From assembly GCA_001766825.1 (NCBI GenBank), contig LYOR01000002.1, forward strand, positions 61,810 to 125,809: 64,000 bases of DNA. The letters run 5' to 3'. Under the pieces are notes generated by a model. The model was given only the letters and a program-made list of their open reading frames with translations. It made no database searches and had not been told where the DNA came from. This document shows, piece by piece, positions 39,604 through 50,087 of the stretch (position 1 is its first letter; each line of letters begins with the position of its first letter). The stretch comes from Candidatus Syntropharchaeum butanivorans (GTDB lineage Archaea > Halobacteriota > Syntropharchaeia > Syntropharchaeales > Syntropharchaeaceae). The translations under genes were made by a program, and so were the position numbers.

Positions 39604-40355
39604 TGCTTGAGATACAGAACCTCTCTGTTGATGTTGGGGGAAAGCGTATCCTCAATGATCTCAACCTCCACATCGGGGATGGAGAGGTTCATGTTCTCTT
39701 CGGTGCAAATGGATCCGGGAAGACGACGCTGTTTATGACAATCCTCGGGTTCCCGGACTACAGGGTTGTTGAGGGCAGGATATACTTCAGGGGTATCGAT
39801 ATAACCGGGCTTGATACCACCGAGCGGGTCAGGCTCGGTATGGGCGTATCCTTCCAGCACCCACCTGAGATCCGGGGTGTCAAGCTCCGGGAGGTTGTAG
39901 GGCTTTTGCTTGCAAGAAGCGGTGGCGGAGATCCACTCCTGCTTGCCCGGCGGCTCAACCTCTCGGAGGAGTTTCTCGAGCGGGATCTGAACCTTGGATT
40001 TTCAGGGGGAGAGGTAAAGCGCTCCGAGATACTCCAGCTTCTTGCACAGAACCCGGAGTTTTACATGTTCGATGAGCCTGATTCCGGTGTTGATCTTGAG
40101 AATGTTGAGCTTATCGGCAGGGTAATGAGTGAGATGTTAGAGAGGGATAAGAGACCGAGTGAGAGGAGAAAGTCTGCCCTCATCATCACGCACATCGGAT
40201 ACATCTTGAACTACATAAAGGCAGACAGGGCCCATGTGATGCTTGATGGCAGGATCGCATGCTCAGGTATGCCTGATGAGATATACAACCACATCCTGAA
40301 GGAGGGGTTTGAGGAGTGTGTGAGAAGGTGTGGAGGGGATAGATGTGAGAGGTGA
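39603..40355 (+). CDS. sufC: Fe-S assembly ABC ATPase
   Basis: GANGSGKT, GFSGGE, DEPDSGVD. Confidence 0.93.
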   Translation: MLEIQNLSVDVGGKRILNDLNLHIGDGEVHVLFGANGSGKTTLFMTILGFPDYRVVEGRIYFRGIDITGLDTTERVRLGMGVSFQHPPEIRGVKLREVVGLLLARSGGGDPLLLARRLNLSEEFLERDLNLGFSGGEVKRSEILQLLAQNPEFYMFDEPDSGVDLENVELIGRVMSEMLERDKRPSERRKSALIITHIGYILNYIKADRAHVMLDGRIACSGMPDEIYNHILKEGFEECVRRCGGDRCER

Positions 40356-41514
40356 AGAGGAGATCGAGATCGAGTCCTTCGATCTTGAGGGAGGTGAGCA
40401 TGACCCGATATCCGGGCTTGATGAGCTGAGTGAGTATGAAAAGGAGCTTCTTGCAGCAGGGATAGACCCGCAGGAGCGGGAGCGTTCAGGATCATTCTTA
40501 CAGCAGGATCACTCGGTGGTACTTGCAAGGTCACTTCTCCCGGGGCTTGAGGTCATGGGTACAGATGACGCCCTGAGAAGGTACCCATGGCTTGAGGACT
40601 ACAGCTGGAAGCTTATTCCAAGGGACAGGGACCGCTTCACCCGGGAGGTCGCAGAGCGACCGACCCACGGGTATTTCATAAGGGCTGAGAGGGATGCAAG
40701 GATCACACTCCCCCTCCAGTCATGCCTCTTCATATCAAAGGATAAGATCAGGCAGAATGTTCACAACATCATAATCGCTGAGGAGAACTCAGAGCTTCAT
40801 ATAATAACAGGATGCACGGTCTCACACCGCGTAAGCTCAGCTCTGCATCTCGGAATATCAGAGTTTTATGTGAAACCTGGTGCAAAGATCACATTCACGA
40901 TGGTTCACAACTGGGCAGGCGGGGTGGATGTGAGGCCAAGAAGCGCGGTCCTCGTTGAGGATGGAGGTGTCTTTATCAGCAACTACATCGTGATGACCCC
41001 TGTCAGATCACTCCAGATGTATCCAACCGCTTACTGTCTGGGCAGGGGTTCGGTAGCGACGTTCCAGTCGATCGTGTATGCTTCATCCCATTCTAACATC
41101 GATATGGGCTCCCGTATCGTCTTTAAGGGTAGAGGGAGCAGGGGGGATATCGTATCAAGGGTGATTGCAACAGACCATGCAAAGGTCATCGCGAAGGGTG
41201 ATCTCGTTGGTGAGGCAGATGATGTCAAGGGGCACCTTGAGTGCAGGGGGCTCATGCTATCTGATACCTCCGTCATCGAGTCGGTACCTGAGCTCAAGGC
41301 ACGAAGGAGAAACATCGACCTCTCCCATGAGGCAGCGGTCGGTAAGATCGCGGAGGAGGAGATAAGGTACCTGATGGCAAGGGGGTTCAGTGAGGATGAG
41401 GCTGTCGGTATGATCATCCGTGGATTCCTGAGCCTTGAGATAAAGGGACTTCCTGAAGGTTTAGCCCGTGAGACGAAGCGCATGTTCGATATGACGCTTG
41501 AGAAGGTGATGTAG
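40330..41514 (+). CDS. sufB: SufB/SufD family Fe-S scaffold
   Basis: GHLEC, SHEAAVGKI, YLMARG. Confidence 0.9.
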   Translation: MEGIDVRGEEEIEIESFDLEGGEHDPISGLDELSEYEKELLAAGIDPQERERSGSFLQQDHSVVLARSLLPGLEVMGTDDALRRYPWLEDYSWKLIPRDRDRFTREVAERPTHGYFIRAERDARITLPLQSCLFISKDKIRQNVHNIIIAEENSELHIITGCTVSHRVSSALHLGISEFYVKPGAKITFTMVHNWAGGVDVRPRSAVLVEDGGVFISNYIVMTPVRSLQMYPTAYCLGRGSVATFQSIVYASSHSNIDMGSRIVFKGRGSRGDIVSRVIATDHAKVIAKGDLVGEADDVKGHLECRGLMLSDTSVIESVPELKARRRNIDLSHEAAVGKIAEEEIRYLMARGFSEDEAVGMIIRGFLSLEIKGLPEGLARETKRMFDMTLEKVM

Positions 41515-41515
41515 T

Positions 41516-42055
41516 TTGAGGATTGCATGGGGGATTACTGGATCCGGAGATAAGATGACAGAGGTCGTTGAGCTTATGGAGAGATTGAAAGAGAAGTACA
41601 GCCTTGATATAATCCCCTATGCATCCAGGCAGGGTGAAGTTGTCTTAAAGTACTACAAGCTCCTGAGAAGGGTGAAGGAGATATTTCCAGGATATAAGGT
41701 TGAACGGAATGCGAATTCACCATTTCTCGCGGCAAAGCTCCAGATGGGGGAGTTTGATTGCTTTATAATTGCTCCTGCAACTGCAAACACCGTTGCAAAG
41801 ATTGCACACGGGATCGCAGATACACTGATATCAAACGCAGCTGCCCAGGCGATGAAAGCTGAGGTTCCTGTATATATCTTCCCGGTTGATCAAAAGGTCG
41901 GGGAAGTCATAACAACACTACCCAACGGCAAGAAGATGAAGATCAGGGTGAGGGAGGAGGATGTGAGAAATGTTGAGACCCTGCGGAAGATGCGTGGTAT
42001 TACAGTCCTGAGTACACTTGATGAGATTGAGGAGGTTATAAAGGGTGGAAAATGA
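41516..42055 (+). CDS. afpA: Archaeoflavoprotein AfpA
   Basis: IAWGITGSG, APATANTVAKI, PVD. Confidence 0.88.
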   Translation: MRIAWGITGSGDKMTEVVELMERLKEKYSLDIIPYASRQGEVVLKYYKLLRRVKEIFPGYKVERNANSPFLAAKLQMGEFDCFIIAPATANTVAKIAHGIADTLISNAAAQAMKAEVPVYIFPVDQKVGEVITTLPNGKKMKIRVREEDVRNVETLRKMRGITVLSTLDEIEEVIKGGK

Positions 42056-42902
42056 TGATGTGGAAAGCATCCCCTGGGATGAGGCACAGCTGAGGAAGAT
42101 AAAGAAGCATCCATGCTTCAGCAAAGAAGCTCTACATCTTTTCGGGAGAATTCACCTCCCTGTTGCGCCGAGATGCAATATCCAGTGTAACTACTGCGTT
42201 CGCAGATTTGACTGTGTGAATGAGTCAAGACCTGGTGTTACAAGCCGGGTGCTTGACCCTGAGGAGGCAGTTGAGAGGGTGAGGGAGGTTCTCAAGGAGC
42301 ACCACTACATAAAGGTGGCGGGTATTGCAGGACCGGGCGAACCGTTATTCAACGAGGCGACATTTGAGACTTTCCGGCTATTAAAGGAGGAGTTTCCCCA
42401 CCTTCTTCGGTGTGTGAGTACGAACGGTCTTCTTCTACCAGAACGAATCGACGACCTCTATGAGCTTGGTGTAAGTACCATAACCGTCACGCTCAACGCG
42501 ATTGACCCTGAGGTTGGAGAGAAGATATACTCCTGGGTTGAGTATAATGAAAAGAGGTATGAGGGAAGGGAGGCCGCGGAAATACTCCTTCAAAACCAGC
42601 TAAAGGGAATAAAGGAAGCTCTGTCAAGGAAGATCATCGTCAAGGTGAACACAGTCCTGATTCCTGGTATAAATGACGCACATATTCTTGAGATCGCAAG
42701 AACGATCGGCGAGATGGGTGTTTTCCTCCAGAATATAATCCCACTTATCCCGCAATATAAATTCAAGGATATCCCTGCACCCACGAAGGAAGAGAAAAGG
42801 CGGGTCCAGGATGAATGCGGCCGTTATGTAAGGCAGATGACCCACTGCAGGCAGTGCAGGGCGGATGCTGCGGGAAAGCTTGGAAAGGACATAAAGACAT
42901 GA
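42045..42902 (+). CDS. nifB: NifB-like radical SAM protein (short archaeal type)
   Basis: HPCF, RIHLPVAPRCNIQCNYC, AGPGEP, CRQCRADA. Confidence 0.9.
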   Translation: MENDDVESIPWDEAQLRKIKKHPCFSKEALHLFGRIHLPVAPRCNIQCNYCVRRFDCVNESRPGVTSRVLDPEEAVERVREVLKEHHYIKVAGIAGPGEPLFNEATFETFRLLKEEFPHLLRCVSTNGLLLPERIDDLYELGVSTITVTLNAIDPEVGEKIYSWVEYNEKRYEGREAAEILLQNQLKGIKEALSRKIIVKVNTVLIPGINDAHILEIARTIGEMGVFLQNIIPLIPQYKFKDIPAPTKEEKRRVQDECGRYVRQMTHCRQCRADAAGKLGKDIKT

Positions 42903-43024
42903 ATCTCCTGAGCTAACCCATTCATCCTGGATAAGGATGCTGGTGGCACGATGTATGGGTGGGTAAATTTTATATAAAGAAAGTACAAAGTTGTTTGAGT
43001 TAAAGGGTGTGGAGCACCTTGGAG

Positions 43025-45514
43025 ATGAAAAATCCATTCAAAGATCGGGGCAGGATGCTGAGTCTCGTATATGGTATTCTTGTTGCGTTAACGTTCACCA
43101 TCGCACTTTACATCCGTTGTTTACCAAAATCAAGCGTTTTTGGCGGGGGTTTTGTCAGGTTTGGCGGTAATGATCCCTGGTACAATATGCGGATCGTTGA
43201 AAATACGCTTTCACACTTTCCACACCGGATCAACTTTGATGCCTACACGTACTTCCCCCATGGTCAGTACCATCCATTTGCATTTCTCTTTGACCAGATA
43301 CTCGCGTTCATCATATGGGTTGCAGGTCTTGGCGCACCATCTCAGCACCTGGCAGAGGTAATCGGTGCGTATTACCCTGCGGTGCTCGGTGCACTGACCG
43401 TTATACCGGTATATATAATCGGGAAGGAGATATACAACCGGAATGTTGGTATTCTCTCAGCGGCACTTCTTGCAGTTCTTCCGGGGCAGTTTCTATCACG
43501 ATCCCTCCTCGGTTTTACAGATCACCACGTGATGGAGACACTTCTTGCAACCTGGGTGATCGCATTCTTTGTGATCACCGTCAAATCTGCGCAGAATCAG
43601 GTCACACTTGATGAGATCCTGAACAGGGAATGGGCAAGGCTCAGGAAGCCAGTACTCTACTCGACCCTCACCGGTATCATGCTCGGGTCCTACATCCTGG
43701 CATGGAAGGGTGGTGCGTTATATGTCCTTGTGATGGTGGTTTATGCCCTGATTCAGGCTGTGGTGGATCACATGAGGGGAAGAGATACAGCATGGCTTGT
43801 TGCTGTTACCGTTCCGGCGTTTCTTGTTGTTTCTTTTATGATCACACCCTTCCTCCACCCATCAACGATCGACATGCGGACGCTTCTTGCAGTTCTGGTC
43901 TCAATTATCGGGGTGATTGGCGTTGTGGGAATCTCACTGATTCTTAGGAGCAAGCAGATTGAAAGAGCGGCATATCCATTCACCTTAATCATCTCTGCAG
44001 GGCTCGGGCTTTTTGTCTTCAGTATCATCGCCCCGGATACCTATCACTCAATGACCGGGATGTTCTCAATCTTCTTACCCGGGGCAGGTGCCCTCACCGT
44101 GGCAGAGATTCACCCGATGACGATGGATGAGGCATGGACGTGGTTCACAACCTCGTTTTTCATCGCTTTTGGAGGTATTTTCTGGGCTGGATATAATGTA
44201 GCAAGGAGATTCAGGGCCGAAGAGCTTCTATTCGTTGTTTGGAGTATTATAATGCTTTTAGCATGCCGGGTTCCAATCATAAATGGTGGTCAGAACAGGT
44301 TTGCTGCATACTACGCGATCAATGTCGCGCTTTTAACCGGGTTTCTTCTATGGAAGTTCATCGAGTTCGGGGCATTATCAGATGAGAGGGAGCCTGTGAA
44401 GGAGCGGACAAAGAGGCGACATAAGCAGGAGGAAAGGGAGAGCTTGGGCTTAAAGCGATACATAAACCTCGATCTCATCCTCATATCAATCATCATCTTT
44501 GCTGTCGTATTTTATCCCCCGCTCTTCACACCCCGCACCGGCGCACTTGCATATGCTAAGTTTTCAGGAGGACCCTCAGATGACTGGTATTACTCCCTGA
44601 TGTGGATGCGAAATAATACACCGGATGTTGCAACAGATGGCTTCAACTACTCCACCCTTTATGAGGATATTCCCCGGGGTGAGGACTACCCATACCCACC
44701 AAACGCGTATGGTATCATGAGCTGGTGGGACTATGGCCACTGGATCACAAGAATCGCCCACAGAATACCGATCGCAAACCCCTTCCAGGCCGGAATCGGA
44801 GGACCCTATCAGGGAAATCGACCCGGAGCATGCGTCTTCTTCATCACCCGGAATGAGACCCGGGCCAACGAGGTTATGGATGCTCTTGGCGGGAGATATG
44901 TGATCTCAGACTTTATGATGGCAGATGCATGGAACGCGGTCTATAACAAGTTCGGGGCGATGACCGTCTGGGCAGATGATACAGGTGGGTATTACGGTAG
45001 AATGATGACTGAAAATGGAACGTACCGGACAGTCCTGACGCGTAAGTACTACTCGACGATGATAGCACGTCTTCACATCCTGGATGGGAGGGGGCTTGGG
45101 GATGCGATTGAACCACTAAGGCATTATCGTCTGATCCATGAGTCAAGGAGTTTAATGCCGATTGAGGTTGAGGGTCAGCCGGTGAGGTTTGTGAAGATCT
45201 TTGAGTATGTGAAAGGAGCGAATCTAATTGTAACACCGGGTTTTGGGTCAAACGCGACAAATGCAACAGTTTCAGTTGAGATAATGACAAATCAGGGACG
45301 GTACTTCAACTACACACAGACTGCAAGACTCTCTGAGGATGGGAAGTTCCACTTCACACTCCCATACTCAACAGAAGGGCCACTCCCTGGTGAGACCCGG
45401 TTTGATACGATGCCCACGGGTCCATACCTGCTTGAGGTTGGGGGTGTGGTACGGGAGGTCCATATCACGGAGCGAGACGTTCTTGAGGGGAAAACCCTTG
45501 AGTTAAGCCTGTGA
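43025..45514 (+). CDS. aglB: Oligosaccharyltransferase AglB
   Basis: DPWY, DHH, WWDYG; multiple TM helices. Confidence 0.96.
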   Translation: MKNPFKDRGRMLSLVYGILVALTFTIALYIRCLPKSSVFGGGFVRFGGNDPWYNMRIVENTLSHFPHRINFDAYTYFPHGQYHPFAFLFDQILAFIIWVAGLGAPSQHLAEVIGAYYPAVLGALTVIPVYIIGKEIYNRNVGILSAALLAVLPGQFLSRSLLGFTDHHVMETLLATWVIAFFVITVKSAQNQVTLDEILNREWARLRKPVLYSTLTGIMLGSYILAWKGGALYVLVMVVYALIQAVVDHMRGRDTAWLVAVTVPAFLVVSFMITPFLHPSTIDMRTLLAVLVSIIGVIGVVGISLILRSKQIERAAYPFTLIISAGLGLFVFSIIAPDTYHSMTGMFSIFLPGAGALTVAEIHPMTMDEAWTWFTTSFFIAFGGIFWAGYNVARRFRAEELLFVVWSIIMLLACRVPIINGGQNRFAAYYAINVALLTGFLLWKFIEFGALSDEREPVKERTKRRHKQEERESLGLKRYINLDLILISIIIFAVVFYPPLFTPRTGALAYAKFSGGPSDDWYYSLMWMRNNTPDVATDGFNYSTLYEDIPRGEDYPYPPNAYGIMSWWDYGHWITRIAHRIPIANPFQAGIGGPYQGNRPGACVFFITRNETRANEVMDALGGRYVISDFMMADAWNAVYNKFGAMTVWADDTGGYYGRMMTENGTYRTVLTRKYYSTMIARLHILDGRGLGDAIEPLRHYRLIHESRSLMPIEVEGQPVRFVKIFEYVKGANLIVTPGFGSNATNATVSVEIMTNQGRYFNYTQTARLSEDGKFHFTLPYSTEGPLPGETRFDTMPTGPYLLEVGGVVREVHITERDVLEGKTLELSL

Positions 45515-45851
45515 TCTCCACTCTATCACCTTTTTTCAGGCCACACCTTCTGATTGTACCGGCTGGAAGCTCAACCGCAAATGAGACCGGAACCCGGGAT
45601 GATCTGTAACCGATAAAGGGTTTCAGGGTTGTAAGATCGAGAATCCGCATTGATTCATCCAGAAATAAGAGGTCGATCGGGAAAAGGACAAAGAGCATGT
45701 GTATCCTGATGATAGCAGGCCTTTCAAACAGAAAGATGAGGGCGGTATCTGCAAACAAACGTCTCAGCATCAGACCCCGTACTTTCTTGAGGAAGGTGTC
45801 TGCAAGCTCAACCCGGTGAGCGATGATCCCCCCTCCCTCTTTCAGTATCAT
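45465..45851 (-). CDS. DUF192 family protein
   Basis: RGLM, HMLFVLFPIDLLFLD, VELPAG. Confidence 0.88.
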   Translation of the reverse strand: MILKEGGGIIAHRVELADTFLKKVRGLMLRRLFADTALIFLFERPAIIRIHMLFVLFPIDLLFLDESMRILDLTTLKPFIGYRSSRVPVSFAVELPAGTIRRCGLKKGDRVEITGLTQGFSPQERLAP

Positions 45852-47533
45852 ACATTAATCGCCTCCACCGCACCGAACCCTCCTATCATCGAGGCTGTCC
45901 CTTTTACTGTGAGAATTGAACTCACAGCACCGATCCACATCATTATCACAAAGTGAAGTGTGGCACCCCTGATATCCCCACCCTCAACGATCCGTATCAT
46001 GATCGAGGATGCGAGTGAGTGTCCGATGAGAATTATAAGGAGGAGGACGTTCAACACCCCGGGCTCAAGTGTCTCATGGAGCATCCCACCAACAACCTCA
46101 GGAGGGAGCTCTGTGGATCTGAACAGATCCTGCATCGTCCCGACAATCCCCATCGAGAGATACAGGGTGATCGCAACCCCCGCGGTTAGCCCGTACATAA
46201 CACCGACGAGGCTGCTCCCGGTCTGATACCTGTGCTTTCTCAGGCCCATAATATGGATGAAGTTGTTGCTTATGATATTCCCTGCAACATCTGCTCTGCC
46301 ACCAACATCGATCGACTCCACGAACATGTTAGAGAACCGCTGGATGAGACTGCTCCCAGTCTCTGCTGCAAAGTGGTACCACGAGCGGAGCTTGTCAATC
46401 CTGAGAACTAACCGCTGATAGAGGTTGTTTACATCGCGAGTCAGTGCCCCAAAGTCGTGTGCCCTGAGATCCTTAAGCGCCACATCCACAATTCCCCCTC
46501 TTGCAGATGCAGATGCGCCCAGCGACCGGATGAAGGAGGCAAAGTTATCATCTCTCCGCTTTATATCATCCTCGGCACGTTTTATCACAAAACCCATGAG
46601 GATGAGTGGTGTGAAGATGAGTGCGGCTATGATCTGGAGCGGGAGGTAAGATCTCAAGAGTGCACCAAGTATCAGCATCAGGAGCGATCCTGTGATTGCG
46701 ATCGGTATCACACGTTTTATCTTCTGCTCTCGCTCTGTCTCCATCTCAATCGTGTGCCAGAGTCGCTCGTTTGGGGTCTTTGTCCTGACGAAGAAGATGA
46801 GAACGATCTCGATGAATATGAACATGAAGACCGTCATTGTGACCATCTGGGAGGGATCAACCCCACTTATAAGTGGCATGATGATCGCAAACGATGCCAT
46901 GAAGATCAACGCCATGACCATCGATAGATACATCTCCTTCATGATCTCTATCTGATAGAGAAGCCCCTGGTAAACGACCTCGTACTGCTTCATCACAACC
47001 TCCTGTTCACTTGTCAGAAACCGCTCCATATCCTCCCCTGCATCAATCGCATGGGCAAGACGGTCGAGAAAGTCTGCAAGTATCAGGGATGGTGTTCTTC
47101 TTGCAACAAACCTGCATGCTTCTGCCATGCTGAGGTGCCATGTATCCACCATGAGAAATATCTTATCGATCTCACTGGCAAGCGCCCCGTACTCTTCCTT
47201 TTTATGGCGAAGAAGATCAAATATCCCGGTCAGGGTAAGATCTGAGGTTGCTAAAACACCCATGTGCGTGATGAAGTAGTGTATGTTATTGTTAATGTCT
47301 GCTCGCTTCCTGTCAACCACCATCTTTGGATATGCAAAAGCAACCAGAACCCCAAATAGCGGTATCGCACAGGTCACGAGCCTGAAGATACCCTTTCCAA
47401 AGACATCAGGGAGAAGAATGAGGATTGAAACCGAAAATATGATGCTGAAGAGTATTATGGGCGCGGCAAATCGCTTGATATACCGATCAAGTGGCATATC
47501 GAAGCACTCAAAGGTTGTTGGCATATCAAACAC
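45848..47533 (-). CDS. arlJ: Archaellum/pilus assembly membrane platform
   Basis: Two T2SS-F-like halves, FLDRLA, GAL..D..NLY.RL. Confidence 0.9.
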   Translation of the reverse strand: MFDMPTTFECFDMPLDRYIKRFAAPIILFSIIFSVSILILLPDVFGKGIFRLVTCAIPLFGVLVAFAYPKMVVDRKRADINNNIHYFITHMGVLATSDLTLTGIFDLLRHKKEEYGALASEIDKIFLMVDTWHLSMAEACRFVARRTPSLILADFLDRLAHAIDAGEDMERFLTSEQEVVMKQYEVVYQGLLYQIEIMKEMYLSMVMALIFMASFAIIMPLISGVDPSQMVTMTVFMFIFIEIVLIFFVRTKTPNERLWHTIEMETEREQKIKRVIPIAITGSLLMLILGALLRSYLPLQIIAALIFTPLILMGFVIKRAEDDIKRRDDNFASFIRSLGASASARGGIVDVALKDLRAHDFGALTRDVNNLYQRLVLRIDKLRSWYHFAAETGSSLIQRFSNMFVESIDVGGRADVAGNIISNNFIHIMGLRKHRYQTGSSLVGVMYGLTAGVAITLYLSMGIVGTMQDLFRSTELPPEVVGGMLHETLEPGVLNVLLLIILIGHSLASSIMIRIVEGGDIRGATLHFVIMMWIGAVSSILTVKGTASMIGGFGAVEAINV

Positions 47534-47536
47534 CTT

Positions 47537-49195
47537 TCAGACGGAAAACGGCAGAGACTCGGGGCCTTTTCTGTAGAAGTCAACTATTATCTTGTTGACC
47601 TGGTAGTAGTCCATTATCCCGAGTTCAAGCATTCTCGATATTATCCTTGCCCGATACATCATATCCTCATATATCTGCCGTTTGTCCTGATACCCGAGCG
47701 TCTCTGCGATCTTCTGCTCGAGGATGTAGGAGTTGTTCATCCCCCTGAAGTAGTGCTTATCAAAACCGGGGTCCCACTGAAAGACGGCTCTTGTGACAAC
47801 ACCTCCTGCATCCTCGTAGTATCCCTCGATCTCCTCGACAGACGTGCATCTTCTCAGGAACTTCCCCTTCCTGTAAACTGCCTGCTGGATGAGCGCGATA
47901 TTGAGGTTGTCGATGAACGTGATCGGAACATTGATCGGATCTCCTGTGAAACGCTGGATCATCTTCTTCACGGATGATGCGTGGAACGTTGCAAGGACAG
48001 GGTGCCCTGTCTGCATCGCCTGGAATGCAACAGCCCCTTCTGCACCACGGATCTCACCGACGATGATGTAGTTTGGTCTTGATCTCAGGGCCGCCTTAAG
48101 CAGGTCAAATAGCGTCACACGCGAGTCCTCAGGCCCCTCATCCCTTGTTATCAGCTGCTGCCATATCTCATGTGGCGGCAGAACTTCTGCTGTATCCTCT
48201 GCCGTGAATATCTTTGCCTGGGGGAGGATGAATGGTAGCATCGCGTTGAGTGCGGTCGTCTTTCCAGATGCGGTCTCTCCACATACAAATATGCTCATCC
48301 CGTTCTCAAGACAGAGCCACAGGTATCCTGCAATTTCTGCACTTACCGTACCCCATCCAACAAGCTGGACGATGCTTATCGGGGTTGATGAGAACTTTCT
48401 GATCGTAAAGCTCGGCCCTCGCCTGCTCACATCGTTTGAGTATATGGCGTTGAGCCTTGATCCATCAGGGAGTGCACCATCAACGATCGGATGCGCCTCA
48501 CTCACAGGCCGACCGATCCGTTCGCACATACTCCTCAGGTACTTTGTAAGCTGGAGGTCATCCTTGAAACGGACATTCGTCTCTACCATATCAAAGATCT
48601 TATGGATGATGTGGATGTTTCCTGTCCCGATGGAGTGAATGTCTTCGATGTACGGATCACGAATTAAAGGCTCTATGACACCGCTCCCGATGATATCTCG
48701 CTCAATGAAGTACTTGATCTTGTCATACTCAAGCTTTGTCATCGTGATCTTTTTTGGCTTTGGAAGTATCAGTCGCATCCAGCCTGGGCTTTCTTCCTCT
48801 TCCTCTTCTTCATTCTCTTTTATGATCACTGAATCGTTGAGGAGCTTCTTTATCACATTTCTGAGCCCCTCCTCGTTCTCGGGAACCTCCTCATATGGGG
48901 CCTTCTCAAGGATCAGCTCAAGCGTTTCTCTGTACTTTTTCTCCTCAGGTTCTGTGAGCTGTGGCTCGATTGCATGGTATTTAATTGTATTCTCGGTCTC
49001 ATCACGGTAGGTATGAATGAAAATTGGATCTCCCACCGGATATATGATGTTAAGATCCTCCTTGGGGATATCCCTGCCGGGCTGGATCACAAACTTTGGT
49101 ACTTTCTTCCTCTGTGCCTTCCACTTCTTCAGATACTCGCCCAGATGTGGATTATTCTTTATCGCTACCTTGAAAGCCCGCTCGGCTCCGGCCAT
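47537..49195 (-). CDS. arlI: Archaellum/pilus assembly ATPase
   Basis: GETASGKTT, RSRPNYIIVGEIRG, TGH..ATFHA. Confidence 0.92.
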   Translation of the reverse strand: MAGAERAFKVAIKNNPHLGEYLKKWKAQRKKVPKFVIQPGRDIPKEDLNIIYPVGDPIFIHTYRDETENTIKYHAIEPQLTEPEEKKYRETLELILEKAPYEEVPENEEGLRNVIKKLLNDSVIIKENEEEEEEESPGWMRLILPKPKKITMTKLEYDKIKYFIERDIIGSGVIEPLIRDPYIEDIHSIGTGNIHIIHKIFDMVETNVRFKDDLQLTKYLRSMCERIGRPVSEAHPIVDGALPDGSRLNAIYSNDVSRRGPSFTIRKFSSTPISIVQLVGWGTVSAEIAGYLWLCLENGMSIFVCGETASGKTTALNAMLPFILPQAKIFTAEDTAEVLPPHEIWQQLITRDEGPEDSRVTLFDLLKAALRSRPNYIIVGEIRGAEGAVAFQAMQTGHPVLATFHASSVKKMIQRFTGDPINVPITFIDNLNIALIQQAVYRKGKFLRRCTSVEEIEGYYEDAGGVVTRAVFQWDPGFDKHYFRGMNNSYILEQKIAETLGYQDKRQIYEDMMYRARIISRMLELGIMDYYQVNKIIVDFYRKGPESLPFSV

Positions 49196-49333
49196 CTTTC
49201 CCCCCTTTGAATCCATTAATAAGTTGGTTGAGATGCTATAAAAGGCTTCTTTCAGCTTAAAGGGATGTATCAGAACGGTGGGAATGAAAAACTTAATATT
49301 CAATAAAGGAGAATAGGAAAAGGGGTGTCCTGT

Positions 49334-49693
49334 ATGGGTGAGTTCTGCTGTCCTGTATGCTCGAAGAAGATCGGGCTTGATGCGATACTCAGCTCAGAGA
49401 GCAAGTTCGTCCATGATGTGATAATGGGCATCAAGGAGGTTGATCGGCTCAAAGTCAGGAGGAACGATGCAGAACTGATATCGATATCTACAAGCCTCTT
49501 TCCGAGCCGGCAGAAGGAAGCGTTCGAGTTTCACGAGGATGTAATAAGAAAGGAGAACGAGGATCTTCGTAAGGCGAATGAGCGGATGAGAAGCAATATA
49601 CGCTCTCTTGAATCCGAGATTAAAAAGGCCAAGGAGATGCTTGAGCGTGAGAAGAGACTGAAAGCATACTATGAGGGGTTGGTGGGCCAATGA
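49334..49693 (+). CDS. Hypothetical CPxC plus coiled-coil protein
   Basis: CPVC near N-terminus, C-terminal heptads. Confidence 0.7.
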   Translation: MGEFCCPVCSKKIGLDAILSSESKFVHDVIMGIKEVDRLKVRRNDAELISISTSLFPSRQKEAFEFHEDVIRKENEDLRKANERMRSNIRSLESEIKKAKEMLEREKRLKAYYEGLVGQ

Positions 49694-50067
49694 GAAAGTG
49701 CCCCCTCTGTGACGAGGAGATCTCTGAGGAGGATCTTTTGAAGGTACAGGAGAGCCTGAAAAGCTATCTTGAGGAGGAGATCGCATCCCTTGAGTCGGAG
49801 ATAGATGAGATAAGAGCTAAGACAGATGACTGGCACCTCTCCTACCAGGACTTTCTCAAGATAATTGGAAAGATCATCGAAGAGAGCAGGGAGGAGTTCA
49901 AAAGGCTTGGTCAGGAGAACGAGGAGCTTAAAGCAGAGAACAGGATGCTTGATTCAAGGGTGAAGGAGCTTTCATCAGAGCTTGCGAGACTCAGGGATGA
50001 GCTGAAGCAGATCTGTGCACTGAGGGTGAACCTTGAGAAGAGAGCAAAGGCTTTAAAGAAAGCCTGA
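49690..50067 (+). CDS. Hypothetical CPxC plus coiled-coil protein
   Basis: CPLC at N-terminus, long heptad region, ATGA overlap. Confidence 0.75.
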   Translation: MRKCPLCDEEISEEDLLKVQESLKSYLEEEIASLESEIDEIRAKTDDWHLSYQDFLKIIGKIIEESREEFKRLGQENEELKAENRMLDSRVKELSSELARLRDELKQICALRVNLEKRAKALKKA

Positions 50068-50087
50068 TAAATGGATGATGAGAGAAT

